DNA from: a virus | IMG/VR virus record: IMGVR_UViG_3300033233_000010 | Location: 1-64,000 of that record | Direction: 5' to 3' (one strand) | DNA: 64,000 bases | Made by a program: the position numbers and the translations under genes | In this document: positions 8,973 through 18,150 of the stretch, one piece after another | How positions within the stretch are numbered: the first letter of the stretch is position 1 | Layout: the number at the start of each line of letters is the position of its first letter | Notes under the pieces: generated by a model | The model's database searches: none | What the model saw: the letters and a program-made list of their open reading frames with translations, nothing else | Told to the model about the DNA's origin: nothing

Positions 8973-9313
8973 GACCGCCTCCTCGCCCTACTCCTGTCAG
9001 CCCTAGAACCGCGGTAACCGCCACCAGGCGACAACCTTTTTCAGAATCGTTGTATGGCCTTGAGCGGCATGAACTGTGCCGCTCGACGATCTCGGCGACT
9101 TCTCCACAAAGAACACGCACTCGACCCTACCGCCTTACTCCGCACGGGCTGAATTCGATGACGCCCCTCTAACCGACGACGACTCCGATCCTGACTGGGG
9201 GCGCGGAAACAGTTTTTCCGCCTGACCGGAATACGGGGCCTCGCGAGGTAGCTCGCATGTACATGGGGGTGAGAACCACGAAATCCGGCTACTCTTTGTA
9301 GGCCAGCTCCGAT

Positions 9314-9341
9314 GGCGGTCGCCCAAAGGCGGTCGCCCAAA
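9314..9341. repeat. perfect 14-bp tandem repeat (GGCGGTCGCCCAAA)x2 in divergent intergenic region
   Basis: Read directly from the sequence. Confidence 0.9.
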
Positions 9342-9429
9342 GAATGTGAACGATGACCTGTCCCGCCCCGTGACACCCGCCAGCGATTTTGTTCCCAAGT
9401 CCAAGCCGCCGAGGCGGTCCCGAGCCGAG

Positions 9430-9437
9430 GGTAGAAA
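9430..9437 (+). promoter_or_regulatory. putative -10 element of a leaderless promoter (GGTAGAAA)
   Basis: Hexamer ends 6 nt before ATG 9444; no SD; recurrent motif. Confidence 0.55.
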
Positions 9438-9443
9438 GGGCGC

Positions 9444-10148
9444 ATGGACCTCGCCCTTCGCGTCACCCAGGTGATGCACCGCGCCCTCCGGCCTCTATAC
9501 GGCGACGATTTACTCTGGGGCTGGCTCGCCAGGCGCATCAAGCTCGGGTGCGTGAGCCTGGAGCCGGTGGACATCGTCTTCTTCAACGTCGCGGAGCATC
9601 GCGTCCTCGCGCGTGAGGTGCGGAGAAGCATCTTCGTGCTCGCCGCCGACCCCGACTGGCCCAGCACGACTCAGCGCGACTTCCAGAAGGCCGTCGCGGC
9701 GCTCGACGCGTGGTTCGAGACGATCAAGGAGTGGATCAGCCTCCGGTTCTCACAGGACATGGCGAGGGCGATCACGCCGTTCATTCCGCACGGCGTCTAC
9801 ACCGACATCGCGCTCTTTCTCGGGCTACAAGCTCTGGGGAAGCACAAGGGTCGGTTCCTCCGCTTCTCGCGCTCGGACGGTACGCCGATCGACGTGTTCG
9901 ACGACGGCATCTGCATGACGCGCTCGGCGGCGGTCTACTTCCGCAAGGTGCTCGTGAGAACGTGCGTGATCGTCAGCGCGAAGGACCGCGAGCGGCTGAC
10001 CGACACAACACGGCAGGCACTCTGGCGCCGGGTACTCGAGCTGGACGCGTGGCTCGACTCCGAGGGCCTCGGCGCGGACGCTGTCGAGCGGCTCTCTTAC
10101 GCGGACAAGGGAGTGTCCCTCAAGCGCCCGAAGCGGAGGCGGGGATGA
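9444..10148 (+). CDS. hypothetical protein (near-C-terminal DAVERLS)
   Basis: ORF track; GC3-biased frame. Confidence 0.8.
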   Translation: MDLALRVTQVMHRALRPLYGDDLLWGWLARRIKLGCVSLEPVDIVFFNVAEHRVLAREVRRSIFVLAADPDWPSTTQRDFQKAVAALDAWFETIKEWISLRFSQDMARAITPFIPHGVYTDIALFLGLQALGKHKGRFLRFSRSDGTPIDVFDDGICMTRSAAVYFRKVLVRTCVIVSAKDRERLTDTTRQALWRRVLELDAWLDSEGLGADAVERLSYADKGVSLKRPKRRRG

Positions 10149-10558
10149 GCCTCCGTCACCGACGGTTCGCGCTCTCGCCCAACGCGTGCGACGCGCTGTG
10201 GACCGCGCTCATGCCACTCCTCGAATCGGTGACGGAGCGCTCGCTCGACCGTGCGCGCTTCACGACGCAGGAGTGGATCGACGCGATCCGCCCTCCGGTC
10301 TTCGGCCCGCGCGAGGAGGTCGTCGAGCTGCACCTCGGAGCGGACGCCTACGACAATCTGCTCGCGACGCATCTCTTTCGCGAGACACTCGTGCGCGCGT
10401 ACACGCGCTCCCAGGAGCCGCTCTCCAAGCCGACGAGACGCTTACTCGGACAAGTCCTCTCCGGCGTCGACGAGCTTCTCAACACGCCGGTCGTGGACCG
10501 ACTCGCCCATCTCGTCGAGCTGGACCCTGGTGAGGTTAGACCGTCAGCACCAGACTGA
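10145..10558 (+). CDS. hypothetical protein with C-terminal tag (PVVDRLAHL)
   Basis: ATGA overlap with upstream stop. Confidence 0.75.
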   Translation: MSLRHRRFALSPNACDALWTALMPLLESVTERSLDRARFTTQEWIDAIRPPVFGPREEVVELHLGADAYDNLLATHLFRETLVRAYTRSQEPLSKPTRRLLGQVLSGVDELLNTPVVDRLAHLVELDPGEVRPSAPD

Positions 10559-10562
10559 GGGC

Positions 10563-10796
10563 GTGAGAGACGGTCAAGCCAAAGTCGGCGACTACGTGGA
10601 GACGATCCACCCGGGCTTCGATGGCCGTCCCGTCGTTGTCGAGGTGCTTGTGGTAATGCCCAGACCGCCTCTCGGCGTACTCGGCGACTGGATCAGAGCC
10701 CGAGACGCTCGCACCGGCACCGTGGCGACCTACGGTCCCCAGGAATTCACCAGGATCGTCCCGCCTGGCGATCTGGATGCCCGTCTCAATGGGTGA
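10563..10796 (+). CDS. SH3/KOW-like small protein
   Basis: KVGDYVE...V.VL...WIR pattern; GAGG before GTG. Confidence 0.6.
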   Translation: MRDGQAKVGDYVETIHPGFDGRPVVVEVLVVMPRPPLGVLGDWIRARDARTGTVATYGPQEFTRIVPPGDLDARLNG

Positions 10797-10846
10797 CGGG
10801 TGGCCGTCTACGCGGACGGCCTGGTAGAATCCCAAGCGGTGAGCCA

Positions 10847-11650
10847 GTGAGCCTTTTCGACCGCATCATCACCGAGGCGCGGAGCGCGGAGACGTTCAAG
10901 TCGATGCCGGGAACGGACTCGTTCTCCCACACCGACCGCTACCGCGGTGGTCGACGGAACCAATCGCCAGCGAACTGGTTCAAGGGCACGAACAGGCGCT
11001 TTCCGGTGTGGCAGCAACGCGCCTCCGCCGCTGCGACGCTCGGCTCAGCCGAGAGACACCACGGGGTGCAGTTCGCGAAGAAGATCGCCCAAGTCGTCTA
11101 CAAGATGAAGTCGCTCAAGATGTGTCCCTCGGTTCTCCCTCAGTGCCCCCCGAAGCGCAACCACGGTCCGGGCGGGAAGCCCGAGCACACGACCAAGTGC
11201 CACGGGAGCCACTGCGCGGTCACGAAGCAGAAGCCCGACTACCACGGCAAGTACCCGTGGCCCTTCAACGAGAAGGGCAAGACGAAGTGGGACAAGGACT
11301 GGACCTCTCTCGGCTACGCCAAGGGGTCACACAAGGTCGCCTCCCCCAAGAAGAAGAAGGCGCAGCAGGCGGCCAACGAGACGATCGAGCTGACGCGTCG
11401 CCCCATCGCTTCGCTCTTGGAGTTCACGCCCGAGGAGATGGAAAGGGCTGCGAGACGGGCGCGAGTGACGCTCGGCCACTTCAAGCTCGCGAGAAATCCC
11501 GGCATGAAGACGAGTTCGGTCGCGAGCGGGCTGGTTCGTCGGCGTCAGAGAGCGGCACAGCACGGACTACCGGCTGTCCCCCCGTCGGATCAGGCACCGC
11601 CGCGGCTTCACCGTCCTCCCACGCGGCAACCGAAGCCGCCCGCTCCCTGA
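10847..11650 (+). CDS. basic Lys/His/Pro-rich protein with N-terminal SLFDRIITE-A leader (candidate internal virion protein)
   Basis: Composition; leader resembles T4-type I-x-E|A processing sites (inference). Confidence 0.6.
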   Translation: MSLFDRIITEARSAETFKSMPGTDSFSHTDRYRGGRRNQSPANWFKGTNRRFPVWQQRASAAATLGSAERHHGVQFAKKIAQVVYKMKSLKMCPSVLPQCPPKRNHGPGGKPEHTTKCHGSHCAVTKQKPDYHGKYPWPFNEKGKTKWDKDWTSLGYAKGSHKVASPKKKKAQQAANETIELTRRPIASLLEFTPEEMERAARRARVTLGHFKLARNPGMKTSSVASGLVRRRQRAAQHGLPAVPPSDQAPPRLHRPPTRQPKPPAP

Positions 11651-11676
11651 CCGGCGCACGGGGTATAAGCCGCAGC

Positions 11677-11856
11677 ATGCCCGACTTCCTCGACGATGAC
11701 CTCACACGCCGCCGCGTACGCTCGCGCGCCGAGTCGCTACGCGTGTGGACCATCTCCGAGCGGAACCGGCTTCGGCGAAACTGGACGATCGCGCTCTTGA
11801 CTGTTCTGGGAGTCGCCCTCATCTTCGTCGCATGGGCGCGCTGCCGGCCAAGCTGA
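11677..11856 (+). CDS. small membrane protein
   Basis: C-terminal TM; GGTATAAG 7 nt upstream. Confidence 0.6.
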   Translation: MPDFLDDDLTRRRVRSRAESLRVWTISERNRLRRNWTIALLTVLGVALIFVAWARCRPS

Positions 11857-11886
11857 GCGAGTCACTCTCGCAAGTCGACCGGGTGA

Positions 11887-11894
11887 GGTAGAAC
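11887..11894 (+). promoter_or_regulatory. putative -10 element of a leaderless promoter (GGTAGAAC)
   Basis: 6 nt before ATG 11901. Confidence 0.55.
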
Positions 11895-11900
11895 AGAGAC

Positions 11901-12326
11901 ATGGACCGAGCCCTTATGTCCACCGGACGCGCGGCGCCCTTCGCGGTCGGCGACCGCGTCACCGCGATCACGAAGGACGGAGGCACGACCAAGGTCCGAG
12001 GGACGGTCGCCAAGGCGATCGAACCGCTCCCCGCCGACATCTTCGGCGAGGCTACGTCCGTCTGGGAGTTCGAGGTCGAGTGGGACGACCGGAGCCGCAA
12101 CTTGCTCATCTGCCCAAAGTGCTCTCGCTCGATTCTCACCGCCACAGCCGCAGCCAACGATGACAGCGGCTACTTCGGCATCCGCCGCGGGCAAGCGCAG
12201 GAGTGCTGCGGCGAACGGATGGCGTTCCAGCCGGCGCGTGATAGTCGTGTGAGTGAGTACGAGATCAAGGGGCTCTCAGCGGTCGATCTGATCGCCGGAC
12301 TGGACACTGGAGAGCCACCGGCATGA
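11901..12326 (+). CDS. SH3-like protein with zinc-finger insert and C-terminal tag (SAVDLIAGL)
   Basis: FAVGDRV...GTV...FEVEWD; CPKC...CC. Confidence 0.75.
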   Translation: MDRALMSTGRAAPFAVGDRVTAITKDGGTTKVRGTVAKAIEPLPADIFGEATSVWEFEVEWDDRSRNLLICPKCSRSILTATAAANDDSGYFGIRRGQAQECCGERMAFQPARDSRVSEYEIKGLSAVDLIAGLDTGEPPA

Positions 12327-12583
12327 CGCCTGCCGCCCTTCGCAATCTCCGTCTCGGCGATCTCGTCTTCGCCCACGACGAGAAGTTGGGGTGGCGCAAA
12401 GCGACTGTGCTCAACGTCGTCGTCGAACGGGTGTCGAATCCGTCCAAGAAGGTCGTCGCCGGGACGGTCTATGCCGTGTGGGTTCGGATGGAGCACAACG
12501 ACGAGGCGCTCTCGCTCGGTCCGAGCGAGATTCGGGAAGCCGGCATCGTGGACAGCATCGCCTCACTGGAGCGGAAACCGTGA
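12323..12583 (+). CDS. SH3-like protein with C-terminal tag (GIVDSIASL)
   Basis: LGDLV...ATV..V...VWVR. Confidence 0.75.
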   Translation: MTPAALRNLRLGDLVFAHDEKLGWRKATVLNVVVERVSNPSKKVVAGTVYAVWVRMEHNDEALSLGPSEIREAGIVDSIASLERKP

Positions 12584-12840
12584 ACGGTGGAGCCTCGAAT
12601 GGACTGCCCTTCGACTTCTACGCCTCGTGCGGCGAGGTCGCCGTGCGCACGCACACGATCGGCGGCTCGGTGCTCATGGAGTTCACAACCGACCCGGTCG
12701 AGCTTCTCGCCTCGCTGGCCGACCCGAATCGCCTCCCACGACTGTGGGCGCCGACGCCTGAGTCCTTCGATGCGGGGTCGTGGGTCATCATCGACCGTCC
12801 GAGCATCACCGACGAGGGTATAAAGACGGAGACGCGCTGA
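12580..12840 (+). CDS. hypothetical protein
   Basis: GTGA coupling. Confidence 0.55.
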   Translation: MNGGASNGLPFDFYASCGEVAVRTHTIGGSVLMEFTTDPVELLASLADPNRLPRLWAPTPESFDAGSWVIIDRPSITDEGIKTETR

Positions 12841-12854
12841 AACCGAGGTGATCT

Positions 12855-13295
12855 GTGGTCCACATCTTCAACCGATTCGGCCAAGGCGACAAGGTCGACC
12901 TGATCGTCCGCGGCTCGGAGACATTCCGCGGCACGCTTCAGCAGGTCAGCAATCAGGGGATCGCTGGCGGCAAGCTCTCGCTCGGCGTCGGCGCGCAAAA
13001 CGCCTTCCAGAAGGCCAAGGAAGAAGCGCAGGGCAGCAGGCGCCGGGCCGTCATCGACCACATCGTCGACGAGAACGAGATTCGCATCATGCTCTGCGAC
13101 ACGATGGAACTGATGTGGGTTTCGCCGCTCGATCTCGAACCGCTCGACGCCGTGAGCGTTCTCGCCGACACCCTCACGTCCAAGTCGCTCAAGGAGCAGC
13201 TCAACGAGCTGGAGACGGAGGAGAAGGCGCAGAGCGAGGTCCGTCCGCAGGTTCACCCGTTCCAAGACGAGATCGGCGAAGCGGGCGCAAAGTGA
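12855..13295 (+). CDS. SH3/Sm-like protein with internal tag (DAVSVLADTL)
   Basis: FGQGDKV...GTL; GAGG SD. Confidence 0.7.
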   Translation: MVHIFNRFGQGDKVDLIVRGSETFRGTLQQVSNQGIAGGKLSLGVGAQNAFQKAKEEAQGSRRRAVIDHIVDENEIRIMLCDTMELMWVSPLDLEPLDAVSVLADTLTSKSLKEQLNELETEEKAQSEVRPQVHPFQDEIGEAGAK

Positions 13296-13510
13296 CCGTC
13301 AAGACCGACGAGTTTGGCCGCGCGAGCGTCAGGTGCCCCCACTGTCGGTCGGCGATCACCGTGTCGGCGTTCCAGACCAGGATCGGAAGCCACAAGTCGG
13401 CGCTCCGACGCCACACCGACCGGTGCGTCGGGGCGACGCCCGAAGATCGCGCCCACTACCGCAAGCACGGCAGCTGGCCGAACGCCAACCGGAAGAAGGT
13501 CACTCGGTGA
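13292..13510 (+). CDS. small C2H/C zinc-finger protein
   Basis: CPHC...LRRHTDRC; GTGA coupling. Confidence 0.65.
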   Translation: MTVKTDEFGRASVRCPHCRSAITVSAFQTRIGSHKSALRRHTDRCVGATPEDRAHYRKHGSWPNANRKKVTR

Positions 13511-14112
13511 ACGCCGATCCCATCAAGCGGGACGACGTTGTCTGGGTCAGGTGGCAGGAGCGTTTCGGCCCCGACTGGAGCCCAACCCAGTCCGTCACGC
13601 ACACGGATCGCCCGGAGGATTGGGTTCGCGGCAAGGTGCTCGAAGTCATCGGCTTCTCCGAGTGGCCGCCGCTCCGCATCGCCATCGGCACCGGTCTTTG
13701 CGAGGACTTCTGGCCCGGCAACTACCACCGGATCGACGAACCGATCAGCCTTCTCGCGCACGCCGACGGCGCGTGCATCTACTGCCTCGGGAACATCCAC
13801 GGGCGTCTCGTCTCGCGCTTCGGCACGATCAAGGCGCGCTGCGAGGTCTGCTATCCGCCGATCTTCGCAACACCGGAGATGTGGACGATCCCGCTGCGGA
13901 ACGTAGCGGTGACGGGGAACACGCTCGCGGTCAAGATGACGTGGACGATGGCTACGACCCAGACTGGCCCGGACCCGCTCCCGTCGTCGCGCCCGTCCCG
14001 TCCGGGCTTTCGGGAGCCGGCTCGGGGACGGTTCCGACCGCCGGTGTCGCCGGGAGAGCGGCAGCAGCGCCTCCATCGGATGCGCGATCATGAGCGTCAT
14101 CCGCAACGATGA
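13507..14112 (+). CDS. SH3-like N-terminal domain plus CxxC zinc module
   Basis: IKRDDVVWV...GKV; EPISLLAHA; CIYC...CEVC. Confidence 0.65.
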   Translation: MNADPIKRDDVVWVRWQERFGPDWSPTQSVTHTDRPEDWVRGKVLEVIGFSEWPPLRIAIGTGLCEDFWPGNYHRIDEPISLLAHADGACIYCLGNIHGRLVSRFGTIKARCEVCYPPIFATPEMWTIPLRNVAVTGNTLAVKMTWTMATTQTGPDPLPSSRPSRPGFREPARGRFRPPVSPGERQQRLHRMRDHERHPQR

Positions 14113-14320
14113 CCTGTGAACGCGTCCCATTCGATGCGCGCAGAACTTCGAGAGTGCGCTCGGGCAACGCTTCGAGCAGCGAAAGGACCGCCCGCACCGG
14201 GCCGGGCACCGTCCCGCCGTTCTCCCAACGAATGACGCTGCTTCGGCTTACGCCGAGCATGCTTGCGAGATGGACTTGCGTGAGCCCGGCGCGTTCGCGG
14301 GCCCGCTTTGCCAGGCTCAT
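13952..14320 (-). CDS. XRE-family HTH transcriptional regulator
   Basis: ARERAGLTQVHLASMLGVSRSSVIRWENG. Confidence 0.85.
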   Translation of the reverse strand: MSLAKRARERAGLTQVHLASMLGVSRSSVIRWENGGTVPGPVRAVLSLLEALPERTLEVLRASNGTRSQVIVADDAHDRASDGGAAAALPATPAVGTVPEPAPESPDGTGATTGAGPGQSGS

Positions 14321-14391
14321 CGGTTACGAGATGTTCTACCCTTTGGGCGAGGCGGACGCGCGAGGTATGAGAGGTGACGCAGGAGGGCCCA

Positions 14392-15849
14392 ATGCGTGAC
14401 GCCTACAAAGTCGTCAAGCAGATCGTCGAGTCGACCAACCCGAAGCAGGCCATGATTCCGCATCAGCGCTCGTGGGTCCGGTACCGCGAATCGCGGGCTG
14501 TAACCGGCGATGCGGTCTGGGTCTTTGCCGATGGAAGCTCCACCGGTCGCTTTGGGGCGATTGTTATTCACCCGCAGACCGGGGCAACGCGGCATGCTGG
14601 ATCGGCTCCGCCGACCGCTACGCGCAACATCGCAGCGGAGCTGAACGGAGCGCTCTTAGGACTCGAAGCGGCGGCTACGCTCGCCAACGGTCTCCCGGTC
14701 ATAGTAGTCCAAGACTACATCGGCGTCGCGGCGTGGATTGTCGGCGCTTGGCAGATCCGGCACGAGGAGGTGGCGGACAAGGTGCGTGCGCTCAAGGCGC
14801 TCATCGAACGAAACGGGTTCGACCTTCGGTTGATCCATCACGCCGGGCACCAGACCGATGGGAGCGACTTCACCAAATGGAATGCCGCTGCGGATGCGAT
14901 GTGCGCCCGCTCAGTCGGCCAACGCTTCTCGATGCTGACCGTGGTTGAGCGATGGTCTGAGGTGGTCGGAGGGCACTCCAAAGCGTTCTGCAAGTGCTTG
15001 TGTGATTGCGGAAGCGGAAAGGTGGTTCGCGAAGACGCCTTGATGCGCGGATCGACCAAGAGCTGCGGCTGCGCGACGGTCTCATTTCACCATAAGCTCG
15101 CCGATGGGGAGAGCTATCTCAACTTCCTCGTTCACACCTACACGCGAAACGCGGCGCGAGGCAGACATCGCTTCGACCTATCCCGGGATGAATTCAAGAG
15201 GCTCATCGTCGCACCGTGCGCTTACTGCGGCGCAGCGCCGACCAAGTCCATCCACTACAACTCAGACAGTCGATTCGTTCACCATGGCATCGACCGCGTA
15301 GATTCCGCCGGGGACTACGTCGCCGCAAACTGCGCAACGGCCTGTAAGGACTGCAACCGCTTCAAACGCGATCTTTCGCTAGATGCGTTCTTACGCCACG
15401 CCTTACTCGTGGCGGCACACGGTGGGTTGACCCCACTCGTAGCGGTCTCTCGGCACCCGCCCGCCGCGCACTACTACGCAGCTGAACGCCTGTGGTTGGA
15501 GACGCAGCGAAACGCAACTAATCGTAAACTTGCGTTCTCGCTGTCGCTGGACAGCTTTTACGGGTTGGTCACGGCCCCGTGCGCATACTGCCGCCAGTCG
15601 CCAACGACGTGCGGAGCAGTGCTGCGCTCCACCAAGCGGCTCTCTGAGAGCGCTTTCGAGCACCACGGACTCGACAGAGTCGACCCGGCGCGATCCTACG
15701 AACCCGAGAACTGCGTTCCGTGCTGCAAGACGTGCAATTACGGGAAGCACCGACTCTCTGCCGCGGCCTTTGTCGAGCTTGCGCGCGGAATAGCACGAGC
15801 GGGCGCAAGATCGGCATCACCGAGCGATAACCGGAACGACGCAGGGTAG
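14392..15849 (+). CDS. RNase HI fused in frame to a tandem HNH endonuclease
   Basis: RNase H motifs FADGSS, NIAAELNG, QDY, HAGH...WNAAADAMC; then CLCDCG...TKSCGC and two CAYC...GIDRVD...C..CN HNH units; SD AGGAGG. Confidence 0.85.
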   Translation: MRDAYKVVKQIVESTNPKQAMIPHQRSWVRYRESRAVTGDAVWVFADGSSTGRFGAIVIHPQTGATRHAGSAPPTATRNIAAELNGALLGLEAAATLANGLPVIVVQDYIGVAAWIVGAWQIRHEEVADKVRALKALIERNGFDLRLIHHAGHQTDGSDFTKWNAAADAMCARSVGQRFSMLTVVERWSEVVGGHSKAFCKCLCDCGSGKVVREDALMRGSTKSCGCATVSFHHKLADGESYLNFLVHTYTRNAARGRHRFDLSRDEFKRLIVAPCAYCGAAPTKSIHYNSDSRFVHHGIDRVDSAGDYVAANCATACKDCNRFKRDLSLDAFLRHALLVAAHGGLTPLVAVSRHPPAAHYYAAERLWLETQRNATNRKLAFSLSLDSFYGLVTAPCAYCRQSPTTCGAVLRSTKRLSESAFEHHGLDRVDPARSYEPENCVPCCKTCNYGKHRLSAAAFVELARGIARAGARSASPSDNRNDAG

Positions 15850-15870
15850 AAGGATGCGCAGGAGACCCAG

Positions 15871-16422
15871 ATGAAGCTCGACATGACTGGGCCGTGTTCG
15901 TCGTGCCCCTTCCGTTCCGACAAGCTGTTCTTCCTCGGGCCAGAGCGGGCGCGCGAGATCGCCGATGCGCTCCTCGCCGACAAGACCTTCGCGTGCCACA
16001 AGACGGTCCAGTACGACCGGCAGGAGCGCGAGGATGGCGAGCCGGAAGACGACCGAGTTGACCGCAGCAATCCGTGTCTCGTCGACCTCGACAAGCTGTG
16101 GGGCCGTGACGCTCGAACGGCGCCGCCCGACCCGAAGGAGCAGCACTGCGCCGGGGCCATGATCATCCTCGAAAAACTCGACCGCCCGAACCAGTGGATG
16201 CGGATCGGCGAGCGGCTCGGGATGTACGATCGCCGGAAGCTCGACATGAAAGCCCCCGTCTTCGACGACTTCGACGGATTCGTCGAGTCGATGGAGGCGC
16301 TCGAAGGTAGAGGGTCAGCATGCCGTCGGAGAGCCACTGCCCGCGCTGCGGAGAAGGTTACGAGCAGGGCTACTGCCCGACGCCGGACTGCGACCGGGAA
16401 AGGGCGGAAGAGGTCGAGGTGA
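15871..16422 (+). CDS. Cys/His metal-binding hypothetical (PCxxCPF...FxCH...CAG; DUF6283-like)
   Basis: Motif pattern recalled, not searched. Confidence 0.6.
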   Translation: MKLDMTGPCSSCPFRSDKLFFLGPERAREIADALLADKTFACHKTVQYDRQEREDGEPEDDRVDRSNPCLVDLDKLWGRDARTAPPDPKEQHCAGAMIILEKLDRPNQWMRIGERLGMYDRRKLDMKAPVFDDFDGFVESMEALEGRGSACRRRATARAAEKVTSRATARRRTATGKGRKRSR

Positions 16423-16853
16423 GCCGGGAGACGATCTTCACGCTCGACCCCTCGAATCACGACGACGTGATGCGGTATACCCGCGACACGTCGGAGCCGT
16501 TCTTTGTGAACGGCTTACGCTGCGAACCGGGCGAGGAGTTCGTGCCGCATTTCGGTGATAAAGTGGCCGTCGTGATCGCCAACGTCGTTGACGAGATCGC
16601 CAAGCTCGACGAGCCGGCGCAGGCCACCGCGCCCCCAGAGCCCTTCGTTGTTGTTCCCTGCGTGAGCCCGAGACACCGTCGGATCAACGACATCCTCATC
16701 GTCGACCCGGCGTGCGGGACATGCCTCGGTCTCGGGATCGTCCGGGTCATGCGAGAGCACATCCCCGTCGTGCATCGCCGTGGCTCGGACTGGGTCCGCG
16801 GTGACGATGCCGTCTCCAGGCTCGCAGACCTCGACGGCCCACCGACTTCGTAA
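16320..16853 (+). CDS. Cys-rich protein with two copies of the tag (NVVDEIAKL, DAVSRLADL)
   Basis: GGTAGAGG 6 nt before ATG; CPRC and CGTC motifs. Confidence 0.7.
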   Translation: MPSESHCPRCGEGYEQGYCPTPDCDRERAEEVEVSRETIFTLDPSNHDDVMRYTRDTSEPFFVNGLRCEPGEEFVPHFGDKVAVVIANVVDEIAKLDEPAQATAPPEPFVVVPCVSPRHRRINDILIVDPACGTCLGLGIVRVMREHIPVVHRRGSDWVRGDDAVSRLADLDGPPTS

Positions 16854-16926
16854 GGACTGCAACTCCTGTCCGTTCTGGTGTTGGAGTCGTGAAGCACCAG
16901 GGTAGGACGAGAGGCAGGAGAAGACG

Positions 16927-17217
16927 ATGCGCGAGCCCGATTGGAAGCTCAGGTTGGAGTTCATCGGCGAGAACGCTGACAATCTGTCAGGCAGGTCGGC
17001 AAAGTTTTGGCAGGCCGAAACTTACGGACGCGAGTTCGTCCGTAGGTGGGGGAAGATCGGCGCCGGGGGCCAGACCATGCGCGAGTCCTTCGGCTCGTCC
17101 TACGAGGCGAAGTCAGCCGCGCTCAGGATGGTCGAGGAGAAGCGCAAGAAGGGCTACGTCAAGGAGGTCGACATCATCTCCCTGATCGGGTCGCTCGTGA
17201 AGGACGAGGTGGCGTAG
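16927..17217 (+). CDS. stand-alone WGR-domain protein with C-terminal tag (DIISLIGSL)
   Basis: KFW...RWGKIGAGGQ...A......EKRKKGY. Confidence 0.85.
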   Translation: MREPDWKLRLEFIGENADNLSGRSAKFWQAETYGREFVRRWGKIGAGGQTMRESFGSSYEAKSAALRMVEEKRKKGYVKEVDIISLIGSLVKDEVA

Positions 17218-17219
17218 TC

Positions 17220-17555
17220 ATGCGCGTCATCTGGGAATACAAGCGCGTCGGTGGCCTCACCGAACACACGATCGAAGCCGCGCTTCGGACGTACGGTGAG
17301 GAGGGGTGGGAGCTTGCGGCGTTCGAGCCGGTGCCCCACTACCGCGACCGACCGTCCATGGCTGTCTTCAAGCGCTCTCGCGTCACTCACGACCGACCGC
17401 CTGAGACCGAGGTCACGAAGCTGCTCGGAGAGGTCTCGAAGCTCGCCAGCTTCCTCGCCAAGCGTAACCTCGACGGCAACGAGGAGTACGCGATCGAGGA
17501 AGCCAAGAAGCTCGGGAAGCTCGTGCTGGAGCTGATCGGAGAGAGTGGCCTGTGA
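17220..17555 (+). CDS. DUF4177-like protein
   Basis: WEYK...L..YGEEGWEL...VFKR. Confidence 0.7.
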   Translation: MRVIWEYKRVGGLTEHTIEAALRTYGEEGWELAAFEPVPHYRDRPSMAVFKRSRVTHDRPPETEVTKLLGEVSKLASFLAKRNLDGNEEYAIEEAKKLGKLVLELIGESGL

Positions 17556-17971
17556 AACCGGATCACCCTATGGCGAAGCTCCTCGCCGACCTCAAGGCGG
17601 CGATGGCCGACTCGAAGGCGATCCCCTTCGGCCCCACGGGACACGTCGGGCCGGTGCTCTCCGGGCGGGAGCACCGCACGGACGAGGCGACGCTCCAGAG
17701 GTTCACCGAGATCGTCGAGTGGCTCGCCCAGATGACGTTCGGGCAGAGCGACTGCGACATGCCTTGGGCCGAGGTCCACATCGTCGACCGCACTCGGAAC
17801 GAGAGCCTGCCGTTCACGCCGCTGCCCTACAGCCACAAGACCGAGACGGAGGACGACCACTGGCGGACCGTTCAGCTCGCGCAGATGAACCTCGCCATCG
17901 CGGCGGGCAGGCTGGACACGGCCATGAGGATCTACCAGGACGTGCGGGAGCGCGCGAAGCGGCCCGCATGA
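17552..17971 (+). CDS. hypothetical protein
   Basis: GTGA coupling. Confidence 0.7.
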   Translation: MKPDHPMAKLLADLKAAMADSKAIPFGPTGHVGPVLSGREHRTDEATLQRFTEIVEWLAQMTFGQSDCDMPWAEVHIVDRTRNESLPFTPLPYSHKTETEDDHWRTVQLAQMNLAIAAGRLDTAMRIYQDVRERAKRPA

Positions 17972-18150
17972 GCCACACCGAGGAGCACGAGAACGAGTGG
18001 GCCTTTCTCGAAAGGCTCGTCCCGTTCCAGGCGGCGCTGGACAACTTGGCCCCGAAGTGCGCGCCCGACATCGCCGAGGCTCTCCGCTCCGGTGACGCTC
18101 TCGCGCTCTACCTCCGAAAGATCGCTGAGCACGAAGGGAGAACGCCGTGA
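17968..18150 (+). CDS. hypothetical protein
   Basis: ATGA coupling. Confidence 0.6.
   Translation: MSHTEEHENEWAFLERLVPFQAALDNLAPKCAPDIAEALRSGDALALYLRKIAEHEGRTP

Noticed and set aside
8586-9017. Plus-strand 143-aa ORF
   Set aside because: The overlapping minus-strand ORF 8688-8972 has a strong SD, an SH3-like pattern and the tag, so it is the better call.
9430-11894. GGTAGAA as a Shine-Dalgarno sequence
   Set aside because: It is not complementary to the canonical anti-SD, and genes elsewhere use ordinary GGAG/AGGAGG sites. The spacing fits a -10 box.
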